A stretch of 64,000 bases of DNA from Candidatus Pacearchaeota archaeon (GCA_018303945.1 JAGVXD010000019.1:2975-66974), one strand, 5' to 3'; counted from the first letter of the stretch, positions 18,020 through 25,410 are shown. Translations and numbers: made by a program. The notes: generated by a model not told the origin, from the sequence alone.

Positions 18020-19336
18020 TTATTTCCTCCCTTGTTCTCTTGCTCTTTCAATAATCTCTCGTAATTTGGCCTTTTCTGGATTTTTATCATTCTTCATGAT
18101 TGATGCATAATCTTGAATTGCTTCTTTTACTGGTGTCCAACGACCCTTAACTGATGCAACATCGTTGAGCAAATCTGCATCAGTTATACCTGCTTCTGCT
18201 AAAGCTACAGCTTCCTCAAGCTTAGAAACTCTCTCGAGTATTTCTCTTCGATTGCCTGAATTTTGGCCGAAAAGAGTATCAAAAGCTGAATAAACATCCC
18301 CATTATGTTCTTGGTCTATGTACATTGGAGCAATAACTCCTGAATAAGGAACAGTCAATCGTAAGGCGTCAAGAAATAAATTAGAAGTGGTTGGCTGTTT
18401 TCCTTTTGCTTCTGCAATCATTTGCAAAGCCCCAGTTAACCCGATAGCAGAAAGTACTCCTCTTGGAGAAAATGGAAATACTTTGTTTTCATCAATATCT
18501 GTTCTAATACCTTCCAAATTTGGCCAGCGAGCATCGCATTTAGCTTTGCTATTGCCTTTTACATTTTCCAAATAATCTAAACCTTCCGTAAAATAAAGTC
18601 CTAAAATAGGAAGAAGAGGATACGTTTCTCGTTCTCCAAATTCCTTATGTAATGCAAGAATATCTTCTTTTGAAACTTGTGCCTCATTAGGCATGTCAGA
18701 TCTAGGATTTTTCTTTCCTTTGAACACACTTAAAAGATTTTGAGGTGTCGGCCTATAATCAGGATGATCCAACTTAACAATCATATGCATTCTATCTTTT
18801 AATGCTCTATCTGAATCTGAAACACCTACATATTCTCCATTTCCAAGATTTCCAGTTGCAAAACCAATGCTATAGCCATCAGTTCCTAAATTGAGAATTT
18901 TTCCATCATGAACTAATTTTCCATCAAAGAAGTCAAAGAAATAGTTCTGGACAATAGGTGGAGCCCTATTTAATTCGTCAATAAAGAAAAGATTTTTTCG
19001 CACGTTTTCAGTTAACTCTACAAGCTCTCGATCGGTTTTTGCATCCTTAAGACTCCCTAACCTCACTTGTTTTAAAAGTTCAGAAGGTTCAAAATCTGGG
19101 CGACCCATTGCATAACAGGCAGAATCATTAAAATAGCTCAAAAGATCATGTCCAAGTTGAGTCTTACCTCTTCCTGTTCCTCCCACATAATAGACATTTA
19201 ATCTTGCAATCAAAGGAGCTTTTACCAAAACATCTCGTGCACTATAGGCAACACCACCAAGAGAGATCTCTCTATCGTTGGAGTATCTTCCTGCCTCTAA
19301 TCGTTCAATTGCCTGCTTTGATTTATCTGATACCAT
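18020..19336 (-). CDS. MoxR-family AAA+ ATPase (CobS-like)
   Basis: 438 aa with Walker A GGTGRGKT and the MoxR-typical Walker B FFIDELNRAPP. Confidence 0.85.
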   Translation of the reverse strand: MVSDKSKQAIERLEAGRYSNDREISLGGVAYSARDVLVKAPLIARLNVYYVGGTGRGKTQLGHDLLSYFNDSACYAMGRPDFEPSELLKQVRLGSLKDAKTDRELVELTENVRKNLFFIDELNRAPPIVQNYFFDFFDGKLVHDGKILNLGTDGYSIGFATGNLGNGEYVGVSDSDRALKDRMHMIVKLDHPDYRPTPQNLLSVFKGKKNPRSDMPNEAQVSKEDILALHKEFGERETYPLLPILGLYFTEGLDYLENVKGNSKAKCDARWPNLEGIRTDIDENKVFPFSPRGVLSAIGLTGALQMIAEAKGKQPTTSNLFLDALRLTVPYSGVIAPMYIDQEHNGDVYSAFDTLFGQNSGNRREILERVSKLEEAVALAEAGITDADLLNDVASVKGRWTPVKEAIQDYASIMKNDKNPEKAKLREIIERAREQGRK

Positions 19337-19428
19337 GTTTTAACTTAAAAATAGTACTTTATACTACTATTTAAACTTTTTTGTTGTTACCATTTTAAAG
19401 TAAAATAAATAAAGAGTGGTTTTATCTT

Positions 19429-19671
19429 TTGAATATTTATTATAAATATACGATAGTGATCCTAATAGCAGTAATTGGAATTAGTTTCATTATTACTCCT
19501 CACGTTATAGCTGAAAAATACATAACTGAAAATCTAGAGATAGGTTTAACTCTCTTGGGTGGAGGAACAGTAATATTTGCTCACTGGAAGAACAGAGTCT
19601 ATTGTATAGCTTGTCAAAAGAAGCCGCTTTCTTGCTTTAATAATTGTAATGAATGTAAAATGAGAGTATAA
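19429..19671 (+). CDS. small membrane protein with C-terminal Cys cluster (TTG start)
   Basis: 80 aa with two hydrophobic helices and CIAC...CNEC. Confidence 0.35.
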   Translation: MNIYYKYTIVILIAVIGISFIITPHVIAEKYITENLEIGLTLLGGGTVIFAHWKNRVYCIACQKKPLSCFNNCNECKMRV

Positions 19672-20135
19672 ATTGCTGTACCTTGTAAGTTGTTGCTGAT
19701 GTTTTTAAAGCTGAGAGCTAGATTCCTTGGTTTTATGAATAAGAAAGAAAAGCAAATTATAAAGAAGATTTACAATGACTGCTTAGAACTTGAGAAAAAG
19801 AAAGATATAACTGAATATGGCAAAGGTCAGAGAGATTTATGCAAACTATTATTAAAAACTGGATGAAAATGAGACAACACTTGTACAATGAATTAATAAT
19901 CTTTAATATCTTAGAAGTTAGAATGTTAAAAGCGCCTACTGTCGAGTTGAAGCTGAAATATATAAAGACAAACCAACATACTTACGTGTATAAAACTTGT
20001 ACTGTGTCTGCTCCTCAAAACAGACAAAAAGTGCTAGAGGGCGCCGGGGCCATCTTATCTTTCAGAGAAACTCTGTAATTATAGTCTAGAACATAATAAA
20101 TTAAACAGTTTTTCCAGACATACTCAAAAGAGAGA

Positions 20136-20417
20136 TTAACTTAATAATCTTCGTATATTCTCTATATTCTCTGCAATTTCTTGCCCTTTCTTTGTCAGCT
20201 TGATAAGCTTAGTGCGTCCTTTCTTCTCAAAAACAACTAAACCTAATTGCTCCAAGCTCTGCAGTATTTTAACTGCATGACTATAAGTGCAATCCACTTC
20301 CTTCGCAAGAATGCTTCCATATCTGGCCCTTGTCATTCTCTTTAGTGCTACAAGCATTAATGCTGGTTTTCTTCTAAAGAAGATATCAAGTGTCTCATGA
20401 TCTGTTTTAGATATCAT
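20136..20417 (-). CDS. winged-helix transcriptional regulator (ArsR/MarR-like)
   Basis: 93 aa. YGSILAKEVDCTYSHAVKILQSLEQLGLV is a typical HTH recognition segment. Confidence 0.7.
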   Translation of the reverse strand: MISKTDHETLDIFFRRKPALMLVALKRMTRARYGSILAKEVDCTYSHAVKILQSLEQLGLVVFEKKGRTKLIKLTKKGQEIAENIENIRRLLS

Positions 20418-20645
20418 TAAATGTTATGTATATGATACAATCTATATATTAAACTCGTATATAGCTTTTAAATTTTTCCGTATGTTTGTTATAGCCAGCA
20501 GTAGCAAAAAAACCCAAGTTATTGACTTTAAAGTGAAGGCAGTATATATAGAAATATATCTCTTGGTCGGCAGTTCAGATTTATCAGAGATAAGAAGCGA
20601 CCCTCCATTGCAAAAACTTAAAAGAGCTCGTCTCTTTTATATAAC

Positions 20646-21257
20646 ATGAGAAAATTAAAGATTTTAGCGGCTTCTGACATAGAAGGAGATTCAAAACTAG
20701 CAAGAAAACTTGCCGAGAAAGCAGAAAGGGAGAAAGTGGATCTTGTAGTATTGTGCGGAGACCTTACAGGCTATGTGGAGACTAAAAACCTCATTAAGCC
20801 CTTTAAGGATAAAAAGAAAAAGGTGCTGATAATACCTGGAAATCACGATTCTTTCGCTACTGTGGACTTCCTTGCTGCAATGTATGGGGTAAGCAACATA
20901 CATGGTTATTCCGTCCAATACGAGCATGTTGGATTTTTTGGAGCTGGAGGGGCAGCAAACACCCCCTTTTTCCCAGGAGCTGTGACAGAAGAAGAAATAT
21001 TCGAGACTTTAAAAAAGGCGCATGCTGGCCTTAAAGGCATAGAAAAAAAGATAATGGTAACTCACATGCATCCTGCAGGCAGTCTCTCGGAATTTTCAGG
21101 AGTTGAGGGAAGCAAGGCTATATCTAAAGCCATAAAGCAATTCAAACCCGATATCCTTTTACATGGTCACATTCACGAAGCTTCTGGCTTTGAGCAGAAA
21201 ATAGGAACAACTAGAGTGATAAATGTAGGCAGAGAAGGTCAGATTATTGAACTCTAA
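20646..21257 (+). CDS. metallophosphoesterase (calcineurin-like)
   Basis: Motifs SDIEGD, GDLTG, GNHD and GHIHE. Confidence 0.8.
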   Translation: MRKLKILAASDIEGDSKLARKLAEKAEREKVDLVVLCGDLTGYVETKNLIKPFKDKKKKVLIIPGNHDSFATVDFLAAMYGVSNIHGYSVQYEHVGFFGAGGAANTPFFPGAVTEEEIFETLKKAHAGLKGIEKKIMVTHMHPAGSLSEFSGVEGSKAISKAIKQFKPDILLHGHIHEASGFEQKIGTTRVINVGREGQIIEL

Positions 21258-21380
21258 ATATAATAAGATTACTCAAATATTGCGTTCTTCCGCTACATAC
21301 GATATTTACAGAAGCCGCTCACCAAACTGAAATTAAAAAATAAGTGGCGATTTGGGCTAATTTCTGTCTTTTATGAGAAA

Positions 21381-21526
21381 AGTTGCCGAAGGCAAAAGAA
21401 ATTACCTCTTAATCTGCTGTTGCTTGACCTGAAGCGAAGCGGAAGGCACGAGTGGAGCAAGAAGCGACCTCGTGAGTGAAAGTTTTGTTCTCAGCCGATT
21501 TCGTAGCGTAGTTGCTGAAGAGAAAC
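21381..21526. repeat. structured element, upstream arm U1 (divergent type)
   Basis: Contains CCTCTTAATCTGCTGTT, GCGAAGC, the hairpin CACGAG..CTCGTG, and GTTCTCAGCCGATTTCG.AGCGTAGTTGCTGAAGAGAAA. Confidence 0.75.
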
Positions 21527-21540
21527 ATATTTAATATTAG
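21527..21540 (+). promoter_or_regulatory. TATA-like box about 20-30 nt upstream of the cassette ORF1 ATG
   Basis: ATATTTAATATTAG. The same spacing is seen for ORF2 and ORF3 and for the peptide gene on the - strand. Confidence 0.35.
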
Positions 21541-21556
21541 GCAAATTATCAATATT

Positions 21557-21922
21557 ATGAAATCCAAGATAAAATCTTTAAGCAGGAATGAGCAACGGAC
21601 AATTATTGTTTTTGAAATGAACAATCAAATTATAAAAATTATTGAAAAAACATTTAAGAAATTAAAGTCCGATTTTGAATTGTCAGATTATAAGAAAAAA
21701 TATGGAGATAAAATTATTGACAATTCTTGGGAGTTAAATAAGAAAGATGAGGACTTTAATTTTAGTCTAGTTGCGAAAAAAGATTTTGTGAAATTGAAAC
21801 TAAAAGCAAGCTTGGATTTCGTAAACAAGTTTTTGAAAATTCTGGAAAATGATACAGAATTTTCCGAATTATTGCCTAAGATTAAAGCAAAATTAGAAAG
21901 GCGAAAATTCAAATTTCTCTAA
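21557..21922 (+). CDS. cassette ORF1, Lys-rich hypothetical protein (121 aa from ATG 21557)
   Basis: ORF enclosed by the U1 and D1 arms. Its last codons and stop pair with U1. Confidence 0.5.
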   Translation: MKSKIKSLSRNEQRTIIVFEMNNQIIKIIEKTFKKLKSDFELSDYKKKYGDKIIDNSWELNKKDEDFNFSLVAKKDFVKLKLKASLDFVNKFLKILENDTEFSELLPKIKAKLERRKFKFL

Positions 21923-22260
21923 AGCAATTTCGTTAAAGCTTTGTTAGACAAAGTTGCATAGCAATTTTGTGAGTTTTCTCTGTGTGGCTTTAACGAAGCG
22001 AGAAATAACAAGGCTGAGAATTGCTCACAGCCAAAAGGACAGGAAGAGGGGAAACTAAAACTCTATGTCGGAAATTGGGGGGAAGGTGAGCAACCGCAGG
22101 CAAAACTTTCATTTTGGGCAACGTCGCGATTAAGGAAAGTTTTTTCTTCCTCGAGGAGCGAAGCGACGAAGAAGTTTTCAAAAATCCGTCATCAAGGGCG
22201 AAGCTCCATAAATTCAAATGTTTTAGAGAGGGAACTTTTATTTTCATTTATTAACTTTAA
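21918..22260. repeat. structured element, downstream arm D1
   Basis: AGCAATTTCGTTAAAGC...GCTTTAACGAAGCGAGAAATAACAAGGCTGAGAATTGC followed by a GCGAAGC-containing tail. Confidence 0.75.
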
Positions 22261-22311
22261 AGTAGTAGATCAATCAAAAGCTTTATAAATAAGTTATGGG
22301 TAACTATTTGC

Positions 22312-22965
22312 ATGAGATTATATCAAAGAATTATTGCGGGTGGATTAGTAGTTGCAGGTTTAGCTGGACTGCTTGGTTGCGATAATGATAGACCGAGAAC
22401 AGAAGAGCCAAAACCCAAATCTGTTGCTGCTGTAGAACTTTATCCGCATGGAAATGCAGGTGTAGCAATTGGAGATATAACAGGCGATAAATTGCCTGAT
22501 CTTGTTATTGCTGCTGAAAAGATTATAGAAAGAGAAGCAGTAGTTTATGTTTCTGACAATAGAGGAAATTATCAATTTGGAAATCCAACATTAATTGCTT
22601 CTGTTCCCCTTTATGGAGGTGGAAGAGAACTAATTTTTGGTGGAGGTTCTCCTGGTCTTGATGTTGCTTTAGGAGACTTTGATAATGACGGAGACTTAGA
22701 TATTTTAGTTGCAGCTGAGAAGCTTGATAAAAAAGAAGCGGCAATATTCAGAATAGAAAATCTAGGAAATAATACTTATTCAAATCCAAAACACGTTGGA
22801 GATGTTCCATTGGCTACTGCCGGAGGATTGAGTATAGCGACACAAGATATTAACCAAGATGGAAGAACAGACATATTAGTTTCTGCCGAGCATCCAAGCA
22901 AAAGAGAAGCAAATATGTATTTTTTTGAAAATGAAGGCAATAATTCTTTTGAAGCTGTAAAGTAA
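22312..22965 (+). CDS. FG-GAP/VCBS-repeat lipoprotein
   Basis: Lipobox-like LLGC, and three repeats of the form GD(I/F)xxDGxxDI(L)V.AE(K/H). Confidence 0.75.
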   Translation: MRLYQRIIAGGLVVAGLAGLLGCDNDRPRTEEPKPKSVAAVELYPHGNAGVAIGDITGDKLPDLVIAAEKIIEREAVVYVSDNRGNYQFGNPTLIASVPLYGGGRELIFGGGSPGLDVALGDFDNDGDLDILVAAEKLDKKEAAIFRIENLGNNTYSNPKHVGDVPLATAGGLSIATQDINQDGRTDILVSAEHPSKREANMYFFENEGNNSFEAVK

Positions 22966-22995
22966 ATTTCTTTTTCGCAGAAAAAGACTATCTGT
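22963..22995. repeat. 33-bp direct repeat DR-left (TAAATTTCTTTTTCGCAGAAAAAGACTATCTGT)
   Basis: Matches 25150-25182 at 32 of 33 positions. It contains the hairpin TCTTTTTC/GAAAAAGA. Confidence 0.85.
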
Positions 22996-23335
22996 CTGCA
23001 GGACTAAAAGTTCCCCCCCTTTCTATTTTTTAGGATTTTTGAAAATTGAAACTAACATCGGCATTAAGAGAAGTTTTCCGAAGGAAAATTTGGGCAAAAT
23101 CCTGCAAGGATTTTCCTCTTAATCGCTGTTATGTCTGGGTGAGCGAAGCGAAAGGGTGCAACCCTTCCCCGAGGATTTTTTCAGCAGAAAAAACCGCAGA
23201 GTTGTGAGATGGCACTTGTATTAATTTTAAAGATGGCACTTCAGGACGGCGGGACGCTGTCCAAATAAATAAGAGCTGTGCGCGTCTTTTTTGCTTCTTT
23301 TTTTCTAAAAAAGAAGATGGGCACTTTTCCGTTTG
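22996..23335. repeat. structured element X (U1-related) with AGATGGCACTT direct repeats
   Basis: Shares AAGTT..CCGAAGG, CCTCTTAATCGCTGTT and GAGCGAAGCGAAAGG with U1. AGATGGCACTT occurs at 23207 and 23231. Confidence 0.65.
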
Positions 23336-23338
23336 TTT

Positions 23339-24349
23339 TTAAAAATCCCTCCATTCAATCCCTAAATCCATAAAGTCTATTTCTGCAAATCTATTAAGAT
23401 TTATTCTGCCTTTTCTTGTAAGATATTTAAAAATTTCCATTGTTTGAATGTTTGCTACTGCTCCCGCAATTGGTCCAAGGTTTCCTGTTTGTCTAATGTC
23501 TCTTATTTTTTCTAAATCTTTTAAGGGGTCCATTCTTTTCTGATATTCTATGAAATCATCAAAAGTTTTAGTAACTCCTGGAATGATGATTGGACCAACC
23601 ATCCCTAAGTGTAGATTATATCCTCCTGCAACACAATAAGCAACTCCATGCTGATTAGCATATCCATCAATTATTTTTGTTGTTTCTACAACTGAAGGAG
23701 AATCAGCGCAATTTACTAAAAAATTACAACCAGAAACAATCTCTTCGAGATTTTGATTTGCATCTACTCTTTTTGTGAATGTCTTAATATTTGCATCTTT
23801 TAATTTTTCTTTTACAACATCAACTTTATACTTGCCAACATCACCAGAATCAAAAAATAATTGCCTGTTAAAATTACTATCATCTACAACGTCAGGGTCA
23901 GTAATTCTTATTTCTCCCGCCCCAATTTGGTATAGCCCATTTACAATCCAAGTTCCAATTCCACCTACTCCAAAGACAGCAACTTTAGAGTTCTCTATTC
24001 TTTTTTGTAGCTCTAAGGTTTCTTCCCTTGAATCTGTAAGTTCGTCCAAAAATAACAATTGCTTGTAATGTCTTCCTTTTTCTAAATCAGATTCATATCT
24101 TCTAATTATCCCTTCTTTTTCTAAAGCATTTAAACAAGCATTTATGTCTTGAGAACTATATTTAGAAGATAATCTTTCAGTTAAATCTTGTTCTGTTTGC
24201 TCAGAATCAAGAGAAGCAATCACATCCTTAACTAAAGAATCTACTTGAAATTTTTTTATTCTTCGTGTTGCAGTTGAAATAAAAATATAATTATCTTCGG
24301 TGTCTCTCAAGATATACGATGAATCTTTGAGTTTTAATCTACTCTTCAT
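23339..24349 (-). CDS. E1-like adenylyltransferase (ThiF/MoeB/MccB family) with N-terminal PqqD/RRE-like peptide-binding domain
   Basis: Nucleotide-binding loop FGVGGIGTWIVNGL plus DPDVVDDSNFNRQ. The roughly 95-aa N-terminal segment fits the wHTH/RRE pattern. No CxxC zinc site is seen. Confidence 0.8.
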   Translation of the reverse strand: MKSRLKLKDSSYILRDTEDNYIFISTATRRIKKFQVDSLVKDVIASLDSEQTEQDLTERLSSKYSSQDINACLNALEKEGIIRRYESDLEKGRHYKQLLFLDELTDSREETLELQKRIENSKVAVFGVGGIGTWIVNGLYQIGAGEIRITDPDVVDDSNFNRQLFFDSGDVGKYKVDVVKEKLKDANIKTFTKRVDANQNLEEIVSGCNFLVNCADSPSVVETTKIIDGYANQHGVAYCVAGGYNLHLGMVGPIIIPGVTKTFDDFIEYQKRMDPLKDLEKIRDIRQTGNLGPIAGAVANIQTMEIFKYLTRKGRINLNRFAEIDFMDLGIEWRDF

Positions 24350-24917
24350 TTGAAATTATCTCGCCATATTTAATCTCGCTGTTGTTTGGTTCAAACAAAA
24401 CTCCTCCATTTTCATCCAATGGAGCGATAATCTTATAGTTTTTTAATTTTTTTCTTAATAAAGAATTTTCTCTCAAATGCCAGCAACCAAGAATAATGAC
24501 TAGGGGTCTTTTTGTTTTTGATTTATATTCTAAAATCTTTGAAAGATGAAGTTTCTCTCTTTCTTCAACTATTTTATTTAATCTTTCTTCATCTTCTTTT
24601 ATAAGTTCTTTTTGATTCTTTATTTTTCTTTGCAGATTTTCGTCAAATCCAAAATTATGAAAATCAATTCCAATTAGTTTAATCTTTTTTTCAAAACACA
24701 ATTTTATCAATTTTTCAACTTCATCAAAAGAAGTCATATCAGAAATAAACTTTTTCTCCAGAATTTCTTTAACCTTATCTTCCGTATCTAATTTTAAATT
24801 TTCTAATTCTTCACTTAATACAAATTCTGGTTTTACTGATTTTATTATTTCCTCTTGTTTTAAAAAATCATCTACAAAAGAATGAGTACTACCTATAAGA
24901 ATAAAAGAAAAATTCAT
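24339..24917 (-). CDS. TraB/PrgY/GumN/Tiki-superfamily protein (putative peptide-processing enzyme)
   Basis: N-terminal ILIGSTHS, then EFVLSEE, then C-terminal ILGCWHL, which match the GxxH..E..GxxH signature. The ATG at 24917 with a GGAG upstream is preferred over 24947. Confidence 0.55.
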   Translation of the reverse strand: MNFSFILIGSTHSFVDDFLKQEEIIKSVKPEFVLSEELENLKLDTEDKVKEILEKKFISDMTSFDEVEKLIKLCFEKKIKLIGIDFHNFGFDENLQRKIKNQKELIKEDEERLNKIVEEREKLHLSKILEYKSKTKRPLVIILGCWHLRENSLLRKKLKNYKIIAPLDENGGVLFEPNNSEIKYGEIISNEE

Positions 24918-24937
24918 TTTTCTACTCCAAAGACAGA

Positions 24938-25087
24938 TTACATCCAATATTTAATACTTGTTCCGCCGGCATAAACCTTGTCTTCTACTTTTCGAAGTCC
25001 TTCATAAAGTGGTTTCTCCGCAAGCAAAGGTCTTGCTTCTTCTGTCCTTATTTCAACTTTTTCCAAAGTTCTTTCAAGGGTTTCCAT
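24938..25087 (-). CDS. 49-aa peptide, candidate precursor/substrate (METLERTLEKVEIRTEEARPLLAEKPLYEGLRKVEDKVYAGGTSIKYWM)
   Basis: Not in the ORF track. It is the first gene of the three-gene unit, has a TATA-like box 23-31 nt upstream, and carries an internal Gly-Gly 7 residues from the C-terminus. Confidence 0.45.
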   Translation of the reverse strand: METLERTLEKVEIRTEEARPLLAEKPLYEGLRKVEDKVYAGGTSIKYWM

Positions 25088-25109
25088 ACAATTGGGATAA
25101 TGATACTCC

Positions 25110-25118
25110 TTTATATAG
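25110..25118 (-). promoter_or_regulatory. TATA-like box (CTATATAAA on - strand) for the peptide/TraB/E1 unit
   Basis: Spacing to the ATG at 25087 is consistent with a leaderless archaeal transcript. Confidence 0.35.
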
Positions 25119-25149
25119 TTTATTGTTCTGAATGCGAAAAGTGCCCAAA

Positions 25150-25182
25150 TAAATTTCTTTTTCGAAGAAAAAGACTATCTGT
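25150..25182. repeat. 33-bp direct repeat DR-right
   Basis: TAAATTTCTTTTTCGAAGAAAAAGACTATCTGT, with one mismatch to 22963-22995. Confidence 0.85.
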
Positions 25183-25206
25183 TTTTCTGAAAGAAAAACC
25201 AAGCAC

Positions 25207-25242
25207 ACATCTCCAATTTAGGGGACATCTCCAATTTAGGGG
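25207..25242. repeat. perfect tandem repeat 2 x 18 nt (ACATCTCCAATTTAGGGG)
   Basis: Read directly. It lies between DR-right and the recombinase gene. Confidence 0.8.
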
Positions 25243-25326
25243 AGGGTGGTCGGGGGTATTGAAATGCCATCTTTAACTATCTTTTAATTCTAAAGTTTAG
25301 TGCCTTCGAACAATTAGACATAACAT

Positions 25327-25358
25327 TATGGTATCATGAATTAACTCATGATACCATA
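25327..25358. promoter_or_regulatory. 13-bp-arm palindrome TATGGTATCATGA-n6-TCATGATACCATA upstream of the recombinase gene (operator-like)
   Basis: Perfect inverted repeat about 55 nt upstream of the ATG at 25411. Confidence 0.45.
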
Positions 25359-25410
25359 CTCCTAGGGAGTATTGGCATAATTATTTAAATTAGTTATCTG
25401 TAATACCTTC

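Larger units (their letters stand above)
12648..20053. mobile_element. putative integrated element at the 3' side of tRNA-Lys (integrase, MoxR-vWA operon); right end uncertain
   Basis: The integrase gene starts 86 nt after the tRNA. The only tRNA-3'-end repeat I could find is a 9-nt match, CGGGGCCAT, at 20045-20053. Confidence 0.45.

Noticed and set aside
19839-20078. 79-aa ORF covering the candidate right end of the integrated element
   Set aside because: It has no start context and an unremarkable composition. It is more likely non-coding sequence at the element boundary.
25207-25242. CRISPR array candidates (tandem repeats at 25207-25242, 38654-38768 and 60875-60922)
   Set aside because: Each has only two units and no spacer-repeat periodicity. 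Two of them lie inside reading frames, and no cas genes are present.
25103-25279. 58-aa + strand ORF (MILLYIVYCSECEKC...) spanning DR-right and the 18-nt tandem repeats
   Set aside because: It reads through repeat and hairpin sequence and has no start context. The repeats explain the region better.
21381-25410. Canonical integron (IntI plus attC cassette array)
   Set aside because: The recombinase is only 269 aa, with no sign of the IntI-specific insertion between the catalytic boxes. The repeated arms are much longer than attC sites. I could not find paired RYYYAAC / GTTRRRY cores in the expected arrangement; only a single GTTAAGC is present. I kept the region as cassette-like but not as an integron.
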